From Stenotrophomonas sp. (lineage in GTDB: Bacteria; Pseudomonadota; Gammaproteobacteria; Xanthomonadales; Xanthomonadaceae): a stretch of DNA of 64,000 nt. Below, one piece after another: positions 27,578-36,134 of the stretch. Positions within the stretch are counted from its first letter, which is position 1. Every line of letters starts with the position of its first letter. The notes beneath the pieces were generated by a model. It did not search any database. It saw only the letters and a list, made by a program, of their open reading frames with translations, and was not told the origin of the DNA. The stretch covers positions 67,668-131,667 of the forward strand of contig NZ_DASQCB010000019.1 of assembly GCF_035634915.1 (NCBI RefSeq), in the 5' to 3' direction. Made by a program: the position numbers and the translations under genes.

Positions 27578-28777
27578 ATGTCCAGCCTGGCCACACCCAC
27601 CCCCGCCGTCCGCAGCTCGACCCGCGGCGTACTGGCGGCGATTTCCACCTCCCATGTCGTCAACGACATGATGCAGTCGCTGATCCTGGCCATCTATCCG
27701 GTGATCAAGGGCGGCTTCAACCTCAGCTTCACCCAGATCGGCCTGATCACGCTGACCTACCAGCTGACCGCCTCGATCTTCCAGCCGCTGGTCGGCCTGG
27801 TCACCGACCGCAGGCCCGCGCCGTACTCGCTGCCGATCGGCATGGCCTCGACCCTGTGCGGCATGCTGCTGCTCGGCTTCGCGCCAAATTACGCAATGGT
27901 GCTGCTGGCCGCGGCCATGGTCGGCATCGGTTCGGCCATCTTCCACCCGGAAGCCTCGCGCATCGCGCGACTGGCCTCCGGCGGCCGTCACGGCTTTGCC
28001 CAGTCGGTGTTCCAGGTCGGTGGCAATTTCGGGACTGCCTTGGGCCCGCTGATTGCCGCGGCGGTGATCGTTCCCTACGGCCAGCACGCTGCCTCGTGGT
28101 TTGCCGGCGCCGCGCTGATCGGCATCGCCCTGCTGACCTATGTCAGCCGCTGGTATGCGCTGCACCTGGGCACGCCGCGTCCGGTCGGGCAGGGCACGAT
28201 GGCCGCGCGGCATCCCACCCGCACCGTGGCCAGGGTGATGGTGATCCTGCTGGTGCTGATCTTCAGCAAGTACTTCTACATGGCCAGCATCGGCAGCTAC
28301 TTCACCTTCTACCTGATCCACCACTTCGGCATTCCGGTGGCGCAGGCGCAGCTGCATCTGTTCGCGTTCCTGGTGGCCTCGGCGGCCGGTGGCTTCCTCG
28401 GTGGCCCGCTGGGCGACCGCATCGGCCGCAAGCCGATCATCTGGACCTCGATCCTGGGCGTGGCGCCGTTCGCGCTGGCGCTGCCGCATGCGGATCTGTT
28501 CTGGACGACGGTGCTGGCGGTGCTGATCGGCTTCGTCCTGTCGTCGGCGTTCTCGGCCATCGTGGTGTATGCGCAGGAGATGATGCCGCACCGCATCGGC
28601 ATGGTCTCGGGGTTGTTCTTCGGTTTTGCCTTCGGCATGGGTGGGCTGGGCGCGGCGGTGCTGGGCCTGCTGGCTGACAGGACCAGCATCGAGTACGTGT
28701 ACCAGCTGACCGCGTTCCTGCCGCTGTTGGGCATCATCGCGGCCTGGCTGCCGCCGTCACGTCCTGCTGCTCACTGA
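27578..28777 (+). CDS. MFS transporter (Fsr-like)
   Basis: 399 aa with about 12 TM and the MFS loop motif DRRPAPY / GDRIGRK. Confidence 0.85.
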   Translation: MSSLATPTPAVRSSTRGVLAAISTSHVVNDMMQSLILAIYPVIKGGFNLSFTQIGLITLTYQLTASIFQPLVGLVTDRRPAPYSLPIGMASTLCGMLLLGFAPNYAMVLLAAAMVGIGSAIFHPEASRIARLASGGRHGFAQSVFQVGGNFGTALGPLIAAAVIVPYGQHAASWFAGAALIGIALLTYVSRWYALHLGTPRPVGQGTMAARHPTRTVARVMVILLVLIFSKYFYMASIGSYFTFYLIHHFGIPVAQAQLHLFAFLVASAAGGFLGGPLGDRIGRKPIIWTSILGVAPFALALPHADLFWTTVLAVLIGFVLSSAFSAIVVYAQEMMPHRIGMVSGLFFGFAFGMGGLGAAVLGLLADRTSIEYVYQLTAFLPLLGIIAAWLPPSRPAAH

Positions 28778-28787
28778 GGGGTGGGGT

Positions 28788-29375
28788 TTGCAGGGCTTGC
28801 AGCCCTGCACCTGCTGCAATCAACGGCAATGTCAGAAGCCAGAGCGGCATTCCGTGGGATGGCGGGGTGGGTCCGGTTGAGGGGGACGCTGCAAGTACGT
28901 CCATGTAAGCTCGGTCGCCGCATCCATGCGGCTCACGCCCCCTCAACCGGACCCACCCCGCCTTCGACAGTTGTCCGCGGTCTGTCGGAACAGCGTTCTG
29001 CTTTGGTGGGTGCCGACCGTTGGTCGGCACGGGGTCGGATATCGATATCTGACAGACGTGTCGACCAACGGTCGACACCTACCAACAACGACACAGTAGA
29101 GCCACGCCATGCGTGGATGAATTCATCCGATATTTGACAATTGTGCCGACCAACGGTCGGCACCCACCAACAGCTGTATTTGCCAACAGCCGCGGGAAAC
29201 TGTCAGAGGTGGGGCGGTGTGGGTGGGCAGGACCGTTGGCGCCATGGATGGCGCCATCGAGCCCCCATGGATGGGTTTACGGCGTGTCCTGCCCACCCAC
29301 ACCTCCCCGCCATCCCACGGAATGCGGCTCTTGATCTTGCTTCGGCTTCTGCAGGTGCAGGGCTGCAAGCCCTGC
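28788..29375. repeat. composite repeat superstructure A (two inverted ~180-bp elements flanking SMAG palindromes)
   Basis: Left copy 28788..28970 and right copy (reverse) 29200..29375. The core holds GGTGGGTGCCGACCGTTGGTCGGCAC, GTGTCGACCAACGGTCGACACCTACC, GTAGAGCCACGCCATGCGTGGAT and GTGCCGACCAACGGTCGGCACCCACC. Confidence 0.85.
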
Positions 29376-29405
29376 CGAAAACCCCCTTGGGCGTAGAATG
29401 CGGGG

Positions 29406-30314
29406 ATGAGCGAATCCCTCGACAACCACCTGCTCCACGGCCGTCGCCAGCGCCCCGACGGGCCCTCGCCGATCGACGTCATCTCCGTCCAGTCGCAGCT
29501 CGTCTACGGCCACGCCGGCAACAGCGCCGCCGTCCCGCCGATGCGCGCCCTCGGCGTGCGCGTGGCGGAAATCCCGACCGTCCTGCTCAGCAATGCGCCG
29601 TTCTACGACACCACCCGTGGCCGCGTGCTGCCCGCCGACTGGTTTGCTGATCTGCTGCTCGGTGCCCGCGAACGCGGCCTGCCGCAGCGGGCGAAGAAGC
29701 TGGTCTCCGGCTACTTCGGCAGCGCCGCCAACGGTGCCGCCTTCGCCGACTGGCTGGACGAGGTCCTGCCGGCCTGTCCGCAGCTGCGCTACTGCCTGGA
29801 CCCGGTGATTGGTGATACCCACACCGGCCCCTATGTGGAGCCGGGGCTGGAGGCGATCTTCGGCGAACGCCTGCTGCCGCATGCGTGGCTGGTCACGCCC
29901 AATGCCTTCGAGCTGAACCGGCTGACCGGCATGCCGGCCCTGGCCGAGGCCGACGCCATCGCCGCAGCGCGCACGCTGCTGGCGCGTGGTCCGCAGTGGG
30001 TGATCGCGCACAGCGTGGGCGGCAACCCGGGTGAACTGGTCACCCTGGCCGTCGGCCACGAGGAAACCTGGCGCTGGACTTCGCCACTGCTGCCGGTGGA
30101 CGTGGCCGGCACCGGTGATGTGCTGATGTCGCTGGTGGTTTCCTTCCTGCTGCGTGGCGAGTCGATGCAGCAGGCCATCTCGCGCGCCATTGCCGGTACC
30201 CATGCCGCACTGGAAGCCACCCTGGTCAACGGCTTCGAGGAATTCGACGTGATCGCTGCCGCGCCTGCCGCGCTGGCGGAGGCCACCCGCTTCCACGCCG
30301 AACGCGTGGCATGA
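29406..30314 (+). CDS. pdxY: pyridoxal/pyridoxamine kinase
   Basis: SVQSQLVYGHAGNSAAVPPMRALG... closely resembles the PdxY N-terminus. A ribokinase-like fold motif DVAGTGD is present. Confidence 0.85.
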   Translation: MSESLDNHLLHGRRQRPDGPSPIDVISVQSQLVYGHAGNSAAVPPMRALGVRVAEIPTVLLSNAPFYDTTRGRVLPADWFADLLLGARERGLPQRAKKLVSGYFGSAANGAAFADWLDEVLPACPQLRYCLDPVIGDTHTGPYVEPGLEAIFGERLLPHAWLVTPNAFELNRLTGMPALAEADAIAAARTLLARGPQWVIAHSVGGNPGELVTLAVGHEETWRWTSPLLPVDVAGTGDVLMSLVVSFLLRGESMQQAISRAIAGTHAALEATLVNGFEEFDVIAAAPAALAEATRFHAERVA

Positions 30315-31441
30315 GCGGGCTGCAGACGCGCACGCCGCGCACGGTCGGCATCGTGGGCAGTGCCGGCGCCTACGGGCGCTGGCTGGCCCGCTTCTTCCAG
30401 CAGCACATGCAGCTGCAGGTGATCGGCCACGACCCGTCCGATCCGGATTCGCAGACGCCCGAACAGTTGCTCGCGCAGGCGGATGTGCTGGTGTTTTCCG
30501 CACCCATCCGGCATACCCCAACGCTGATTGCCGACTACGTGCAGCAGTCGGCGGGCCGCGAGCAGGGGCGCCTGTGGCTGGACGTCACCTCGGTGAAGGA
30601 TGCGCCGGTGCAGGCGATGCTGGCCTCGCAGGCCGAAGTGGTCGGCCTGCACCCGATGACCGCGCCGCCGAAGGCGCCGACCCTGAAGGGCCGGGTGATG
30701 GTGGTCTGCGAAGCGCGGCTGCAGCACTGGCAGCCGTGGGTCGACAGCCTCTGCGCCGCCCTGCAGGCCGAGTGCGTGCGCGCCACGCCGCAGCGCCACG
30801 ACCAGATGATGGCGCTGGTGCAGGCCATGGTGCATGCCACCCACCTGGCGCAGGCCGGCGTGCTGCGCGAGTACCAGCCGCAGCTGGGCGATCTGGCCGC
30901 GATGATGCCGTACCGCTCGGCCTCGTTTGAACTGGATACGGCGATCATCTCGCGCATCCTGTCGTTGAACCCGGCGATCTACGAAGACATCCAGTTCGGC
31001 AACCCCTACGTGGCGCCGATGCTGGATCGGCTGGTCGGCCAGCTGCAGGCACTGCAGGCGCAGGTCGGGCAGGGCGACGATGCGGCGCGCGGCTGGTTCC
31101 GCGAGCAGCTGCTGGCGGCCAACCATGCGGCGTTCGGTGAGCCTGCGCTGGCTGCGGGCAACTACACCTTCGAGCGCGTGGGCTACCTGCTGGCCGACCT
31201 GACCGAGCGCAACGCCTTGTCGGTGCACCTGCCGGAGGATCGGCCGGGTTCGCTGCGCGAGCTGCTGCATGTGTTCGAGCAGCACCGCATCAGCCTGGCC
31301 TCGATCCACTCCTCACGGACGCCGGGCGGCGAGGTGCATTTCCGTATCGGTTTCGTTGCCGGCAGCGATCCGCTGGCCATCGCGCGGGCGGCAGTGGAGG
31401 TCGATGCCAGCGGCATCGGCCGGGTCCTGGGGCAGGCCTAA
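30311..31441 (+). CDS. prephenate dehydrogenase family protein with C-terminal ACT domain
   Basis: NAD-binding VGIVGSAGAYG, a TyrA-like core (VGLHPM...) and an ACT-like tail. The start overlaps the pdxY stop (ATGA). Confidence 0.75.
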   Translation: MSGLQTRTPRTVGIVGSAGAYGRWLARFFQQHMQLQVIGHDPSDPDSQTPEQLLAQADVLVFSAPIRHTPTLIADYVQQSAGREQGRLWLDVTSVKDAPVQAMLASQAEVVGLHPMTAPPKAPTLKGRVMVVCEARLQHWQPWVDSLCAALQAECVRATPQRHDQMMALVQAMVHATHLAQAGVLREYQPQLGDLAAMMPYRSASFELDTAIISRILSLNPAIYEDIQFGNPYVAPMLDRLVGQLQALQAQVGQGDDAARGWFREQLLAANHAAFGEPALAAGNYTFERVGYLLADLTERNALSVHLPEDRPGSLRELLHVFEQHRISLASIHSSRTPGGEVHFRIGFVAGSDPLAIARAAVEVDASGIGRVLGQA

Positions 31442-31552
31442 TCATCCACAGGCGGTGTGGATGATTTCTGGGCAAATATGTGGATAACCGCGCGCAGCCT
31501 TTGGCAGGCAAGGCTGTCAAGATGCTTGGCGAAAAATTGACCACACGATTTT

Positions 31553-31624
31553 TGTAGAGTCGAGCCATGCTCGACTGCCTTATGCTCTCGGCCGAGAGCG
31601 TGTCGACCAAGGTCGACACCTACC
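31553..31624. repeat. three adjacent REP/SMAG palindromes
   Basis: TGTAGAGTCGAGCCATGCTCGACTGCC, then GCTCTCGGCCGAGAGC, then GTGTCGACCAAGGTCGACACCTACC. Confidence 0.7.
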
Positions 31625-31626
31625 AG

Positions 31627-31734
31627 AGCGGGGCGGCGCGAAATCCGTCAGCGCGAGGCCACAGCGGGGCGGCGCGAAATCCGGCAGGGCGAGACCAGAG
31701 CGGGGTGCCGCGAAATCCGGCAGCGCCGGGCCAG
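31627..31734. repeat. 36-bp tandem direct repeat, 3 copies
   Basis: AGCGGGG(C/T)G(G/C)CGCGAAATCCG... starts at 31627, 31663 and 31699. The copies are contiguous with no spacers. Confidence 0.85.
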
Positions 31735-31746
31735 GCCCGGCGGATC

Positions 31747-31941
31747 TCAGATCGTCAAGCGCAGTTCGCCACCGCTGGTGGTGAACTCACGGCCATTGCG
31801 TACCAGGTGGCGACCATCGTCCAGTTCATAGCGCGGGCTGCTCTCCACCTTCTGGCCGCTACTGCTGGCATCTGGCTTGAACTCGATGATGATGTGGCTT
31901 TCGCCATTGGCGTCGACTGCAGGGAACTGACGGAACGACAT
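31747..31941 (-). CDS. small hypothetical protein (64 aa)
   Basis: Strong RBS (AAGGAGGTGCACG-ATG) and GC3-rich codon usage. No family recognised. Confidence 0.5.
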   Translation of the reverse strand: MSFRQFPAVDANGESHIIIEFKPDASSSGQKVESSPRYELDDGRHLVRNGREFTTSGGELRLTI

Positions 31942-32012
31942 CGTGCACCTCCTTCAGCGGATCCTTCGGTTTCGCCGACAGCTTGGGCCGGCCGGTGTTA
32001 GCCGGCCGTCAA

Positions 32013-33818
32013 TCAATCGACGAACTGCAGTCGCGCCAGCTCCGCATACAGTCCACCTTCAGCCAGCAGCTGCGCATGCGTGCCTTCGGCGACGATGCGG
32101 CCCTGGTCCATCACCACGATGCGGTCGGCCTTGAGTACGGTCGCCAGGCGATGGGCGATCACCACGGTGGTGCGCCCGGCCATCAGCCGTTCCAGTGCCT
32201 GCTGCACGCTGTGTTCACTCTGCGCGTCCAGTGCGCTGGTGGCCTCGTCCAGCAGCAGGATGGGCGAATCCTTCAGCAGCGCACGGGCAATCGCCACGCG
32301 TTGCTGCTGGCCGCCGGACAGGCGCGCGCCGCGTTCGCCCAGCTCGCTGTCATAGCCCTGCGGCAAGGCGCGCAGGAAGGTATCGGCCTCAGCTGCACGC
32401 GCTGCGGCCTCTACCTCGGCATCGCTGGCCTGTAGGCGGCCATAGCGGATGTTGTCGCGGGCACTGGTGGCGAACAGGGTCGGTTGCTGCGGAACCAGCG
32501 CAAGCTGCGCACGCAGATCAGCCGGGTCGACCTGGCGCACGTCGTGGCCATCCACGCAGATGCGGCCGCTGGCCGGATCATGGAAACGCAGCAGCAGCGA
32601 CAGTACCGTGCTCTTGCCGGCACCGGACGGGCCGACCAGGGCCACCGTCTCGCCGGGACGGACGTTCAGGCTGAAATGATCCAGCGCCGCCTGGTCCGGC
32701 CGCTGCGGGTAATGGAACACCACGTTGTCGAACTGGATCTGCCCCTGCAGCGGCTGCGGCAGGGCGTGCGGCCGCGCAGGCGCGCGGATCTCGATGTCCT
32801 CCTGCAGCAGTTCACCGATGCGGCCCATGCCACCGGCGGCGCGCTGCAGTTCATTCCAGACCTCGGCCAGCGCGCCCACTGAACCACCACCGATCAGTGC
32901 GTACAGCACGAACTGGCCCAGGGTGCCGGCACTCAGGCGGCCATCGATGACATCGTGTGCGCCCAGCCAGAGCACGCCGACGATGGCGCCGAACACCAGC
33001 AGGATGGCGCTGGCGGTGACCAGCGACTGCGCGCCGATGCGACGGCGCGCGGCGGTGATGGCATCGCCGAGCGCGTGGTCGAAGCGACCGCGCTCGTAAG
33101 GTTCGCGGGCATGCGCCTGCACGGTGCGCACCGCGCCCAGGGTCTCGCTGGCCAGGCTGTTGGCATCGGCGATGCGGTCCTGGCTGTTGCGGGCGACCAC
33201 GCGCAGCTTGCGCGCGCCGATGATGATCGGCAGCACCGCCAGCGGGATGCCCAGCAGCGACCACGCCGCCAGCCGTGGGCTGGTGACGAACAGCATCGCC
33301 AGGCTGCCGACCACGGTCACGCTGCTGCGCAGGGCCACCGACATGGTCGAGCCGACCACGCTGCGCAGCAGTTCGGTATCGGCGGTCAGGCGCGAAACCA
33401 GTTCGCCGCTGCGGCTGCGGTCATGGAAGCCGGCGCCGAGCTGGATCAGGTGTGCGTATAGCTGGCTGCGCAGGTCGGCCACGACCTTTTCGCCCAGCAG
33501 CGACACAAAGTAGAAGCGCGCGGCGGTGCCCAAGGCCATCACCACCGCCACCAGCATCAGCAGGGCGAACGCGCGGTTGATCTGGCCGCCACTGCTGAAG
33601 CCGTGGTCGATCATCTGCTTGACCGCCGGCGGCAGGCTCAGCGTGGCCGCCGAGGAGACCGCCAGGGCCAGCAGCCAGGCGGTGAACAACCCGCTGTGGC
33701 GGCGCACGAACGGCCACAGCGTACGCAGGCTGCCCAAGCGGCGCAGCGGCGGGGTTGAAGCGGACGTCTCGTCCTTGTCAGTCATCCTGGTCGTCATCTT
33801 GTATGCGGATACGGTCAC
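32013..33818 (-). CDS. ABC transporter, fused permease/ATP-binding (MsbA-like exporter)
   Basis: Six-TM N-domain, Walker A GPSGAGKS, signature LSGGQQQR and Walker B ILLLDEATS. The start is uncertain; Met at 33797 or 33785 is also possible. Confidence 0.85.
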   Translation of the reverse strand: MTVSAYKMTTRMTDKDETSASTPPLRRLGSLRTLWPFVRRHSGLFTAWLLALAVSSAATLSLPPAVKQMIDHGFSSGGQINRAFALLMLVAVVMALGTAARFYFVSLLGEKVVADLRSQLYAHLIQLGAGFHDRSRSGELVSRLTADTELLRSVVGSTMSVALRSSVTVVGSLAMLFVTSPRLAAWSLLGIPLAVLPIIIGARKLRVVARNSQDRIADANSLASETLGAVRTVQAHAREPYERGRFDHALGDAITAARRRIGAQSLVTASAILLVFGAIVGVLWLGAHDVIDGRLSAGTLGQFVLYALIGGGSVGALAEVWNELQRAAGGMGRIGELLQEDIEIRAPARPHALPQPLQGQIQFDNVVFHYPQRPDQAALDHFSLNVRPGETVALVGPSGAGKSTVLSLLLRFHDPASGRICVDGHDVRQVDPADLRAQLALVPQQPTLFATSARDNIRYGRLQASDAEVEAAARAAEADTFLRALPQGYDSELGERGARLSGGQQQRVAIARALLKDSPILLLDEATSALDAQSEHSVQQALERLMAGRTTVVIAHRLATVLKADRIVVMDQGRIVAEGTHAQLLAEGGLYAELARLQFVD

Positions 33819-34383
33819 GGGTGGCGTCGCGCAGGCGGATTTTCAATGCGTCGACCTGGTCGACGGGCAATTCCACCCGCAGCCGCACACCGTTGGCATC
33901 GAACTGTTCATCGCGCTTTTCGGCGGCAAACACGGGCAGGGCAGCGTGCAGGGTACCCAGGTCCTCGAAACCAGCCTGCAGCTGCAGGCGTGCCATTGCC
34001 ACCAGCGGCAGGCGCGGGGCGGTACGCAGGCACTCGGCGGCGGTGCCACCATAGGCGCGCACCAGGCCGCCGGCACCCAGCTTGATGCCGCCATACCAGC
34101 GGGTCACCACCACCACCACGCGGTCGAAGCCCTGGCCATCGATGGCCGCCAGGATCGGCCGCCCGGCGGTGCCGGCCGGCTCGCCATCATCGCTGGAACG
34201 GTACTCCTGGCCATGCCGGTAGGCCCAGCAGTTGTGGGTGGCATCGGCGACCGCCACCTGCTGCAGGAAGGCCAGCGCAGCCGCGCCGCTGTCGATGGCC
34301 GCGGCGTGTGCGGTGAAGCGACTGTGCTTGATGTCCAGCGTGTGGCTGACGGGCTGGGCGAGGGTATCGGGCATTCCCGCCAT
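33778..34383 (-). CDS. yigZ: YigZ/IMPACT family protein
   Basis: IKHSRFTAHAA...HNCWAYR...DDGEPAGTAGRPIL...VVVVTRWYGGIKLGAGGLVRAYG, typical of the family. Confidence 0.8.
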   Translation of the reverse strand: MAGMPDTLAQPVSHTLDIKHSRFTAHAAAIDSGAAALAFLQQVAVADATHNCWAYRHGQEYRSSDDGEPAGTAGRPILAAIDGQGFDRVVVVVTRWYGGIKLGAGGLVRAYGGTAAECLRTAPRLPLVAMARLQLQAGFEDLGTLHAALPVFAAEKRDEQFDANGVRLRVELPVDQVDALKIRLRDATRDRIRIQDDDQDD

Positions 34384-34408
34384 TCTACGGGGTCAGGCCG
34401 GGTGCAAC

Positions 34409-35371
34409 TCAGTCGTCCAGCAGCGGTCGCAGGTCCTTCGGCAGGCGTGCCTCGGGGTAAAGCTGCAGGTAGCGCTCCAGGCTGGCACGGGCCAGATCGC
34501 GCTGGCCGCTGTCGCGGCGCTCGCGGATCTTCTGCAGCCACTGCCGACGTGGCAGCCTGGCATCGGCCGCTACTTCAGAGTTCACCACATCGGCACTGAG
34601 GTCAGCGTCGCTGGACCGGCGCAGCATCACCCCGGGGGCGCTTGCCGGTGCCTGCGCGCTGTTGGCCTTGAAGGCTGCGGGCGCGGCGCGGCGCGCGCTG
34701 CGGGCAGCGTCGCCGCTGGCCGGCTCACTCGCTGCCGCGTCGGCCTCGCGGGCACCGCCGAGGACATCCAGGTCGAGCGCAGCCGGGGCGGGTGCCGCAC
34801 GGGGCACCGGTGCCGGGGGTGCGGGTGCCGCTTGCGGTGGCGGTGCGGACATGGCCTCTGCCACGGGCGCTGCAGGCGCTGCCTGCACCTTGGGCGCATG
34901 GGCAACGGCGGGCGTGCCGGTCGGCGCGCGTGCCGCCGCCGATTTCTGTGGTGCAGGTGGTCGCGGCGGCGGTGGTGGCGCAGCTTCAGCCGCAGCAGAT
35001 GCAGGCGGCGGTGCCGGGGTATCGGCCGCTGCGTTGTCTTCGACAACGGGTGCGGCGGCAATCTGTGCCTCCTGCGCAGGCACGACCGGCGGTTCCGGGC
35101 GCATCTGCCAGGCGATGCCAACCGCAAACACCATCGAGGCGGCAATGCCGAATACCGCCGGCCAGCGCGAGCGCGGGCGGTGTGCTCGGCGGGTCGGCGC
35201 CGTGGCGCTGCCGGCCGCTGCAGGCCTGGCCTCGGCTGTGGGGGACACCGACGCGCGCGCGGCCGCCAGGATCGCTGCGTCCAGCGCAGCAGGCGGTGCC
35301 TGGTCATGGCGGCGGCCCATCAGGCCGGCCAGCGCACGTTCTTCCGGCGTCAGCGGATCGTCTCGGTTCAT
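34409..35371 (-). CDS. putative anti-sigma factor (single-pass, Ala/Pro-rich)
   Basis: Overlaps the stop of the upstream ECF sigma gene by 4 bp. Has one TM (WPAVFGIAASMVFAVGIAW) and a low-complexity periplasmic part. Confidence 0.55.
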   Translation of the reverse strand: MNRDDPLTPEERALAGLMGRRHDQAPPAALDAAILAAARASVSPTAEARPAAAGSATAPTRRAHRPRSRWPAVFGIAASMVFAVGIAWQMRPEPPVVPAQEAQIAAAPVVEDNAAADTPAPPPASAAAEAAPPPPPRPPAPQKSAAARAPTGTPAVAHAPKVQAAPAAPVAEAMSAPPPQAAPAPPAPVPRAAPAPAALDLDVLGGAREADAAASEPASGDAARSARRAAPAAFKANSAQAPASAPGVMLRRSSDADLSADVVNSEVAADARLPRRQWLQKIRERRDSGQRDLARASLERYLQLYPEARLPKDLRPLLDD

Positions 35372-36030
35372 GCGTTCAATCCCGCACGCAGCTTGTCCAT
35401 CGCATAGCGCAGCCGCGATTTCACGGTTTCCCGGCCGACGCCGGTGATCTGGCCGATCTCCTCAAGGCTCAGTTCCTGTTCCAGCCGCAGTTGCAGCACC
35501 TCGCGCTGCTCCGGCGGCAGGTCTTCCATCGCCAGCTGGATGCGCCGGCGCTGCTCGAATTCAGACAGTTCAGCTTCCGGCGTCTGCCCGTCTTCCAGCG
35601 CGGCCAGGCGCAGATCGGCATCGACAGGCGCGGCAGGACGATGGCGGGCGGCACGCCAGTGGTCGTTCAGGCGGTTGTGCGCGATGCGGAACAGCCAGGT
35701 GCTGAATGCGGCTTCGGGCTGCCAACCGGCACGGGCGCTGATCACCCGCTGCCACACGTCCTGGAAGATCTCCTCGGCCAGTGCGTTGTCGCGCAGCTGA
35801 CGCAACAGGAAGCCGAACAGGCGCTTGCGATGGCGTGCATACAGGCTTTCGAACGCCTGCAGGTCGCCACCGGCCCAAGCCAGCATCAGCGCTTCATCGG
35901 TTGGCAGGGCGGTTGCTTCCACGGCATACAGGGTAAGGCCTGCAGGCGATGGCGCATAGCAGCTGGCGGGGGCGGGCAGGGCGCAGTTCACGGCCGTTCG
36001 CGTGGGGGTGTCGCCAGCAGGAACGTTCAT
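35368..36030 (-). CDS. ECF-type RNA polymerase sigma factor
   Basis: Region 2 (DEALMLAWAGGDLQAFESLYARHRKRLFGFLLR...FQDVWQRV) and region 4 (LPPEQREVLQLRLEQELSLEEIGQITGVGRETVKSRLRYA). The start is uncertain; it could be further downstream. Confidence 0.8.
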   Translation of the reverse strand: MNVPAGDTPTRTAVNCALPAPASCYAPSPAGLTLYAVEATALPTDEALMLAWAGGDLQAFESLYARHRKRLFGFLLRQLRDNALAEEIFQDVWQRVISARAGWQPEAAFSTWLFRIAHNRLNDHWRAARHRPAAPVDADLRLAALEDGQTPEAELSEFEQRRRIQLAMEDLPPEQREVLQLRLEQELSLEEIGQITGVGRETVKSRLRYAMDKLRAGLNA

Positions 36031-36134
36031 GCGCACGAAACGGGGTTGGCGGGCTTCCATTGCCCCCCCTGTCGCGCGTTATGCTCGACCACTCAGGGGA
36101 GGCGGCGCTGTAGCGACGCCAAGAGAACGTCATT

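Noticed and set aside
28788-29375. Possible CRISPR arrays at the repeat clusters (also 42493..42680, 47305..47896 and 57776..58472).
   Set aside because: The repeat units are heterogeneous palindromes of several families, in both orientations, without uniform repeat-spacer periodicity. No cas genes or leader are present.
31567-32001. A plus-strand 144-aa ORF with a 12-aa repeat (GAARNPSARGHS...).
   Set aside because: It starts inside a REP, is generated by the 36-bp tandem repeat, and overlaps the better-supported minus-strand 64-aa gene, which has a strong RBS.
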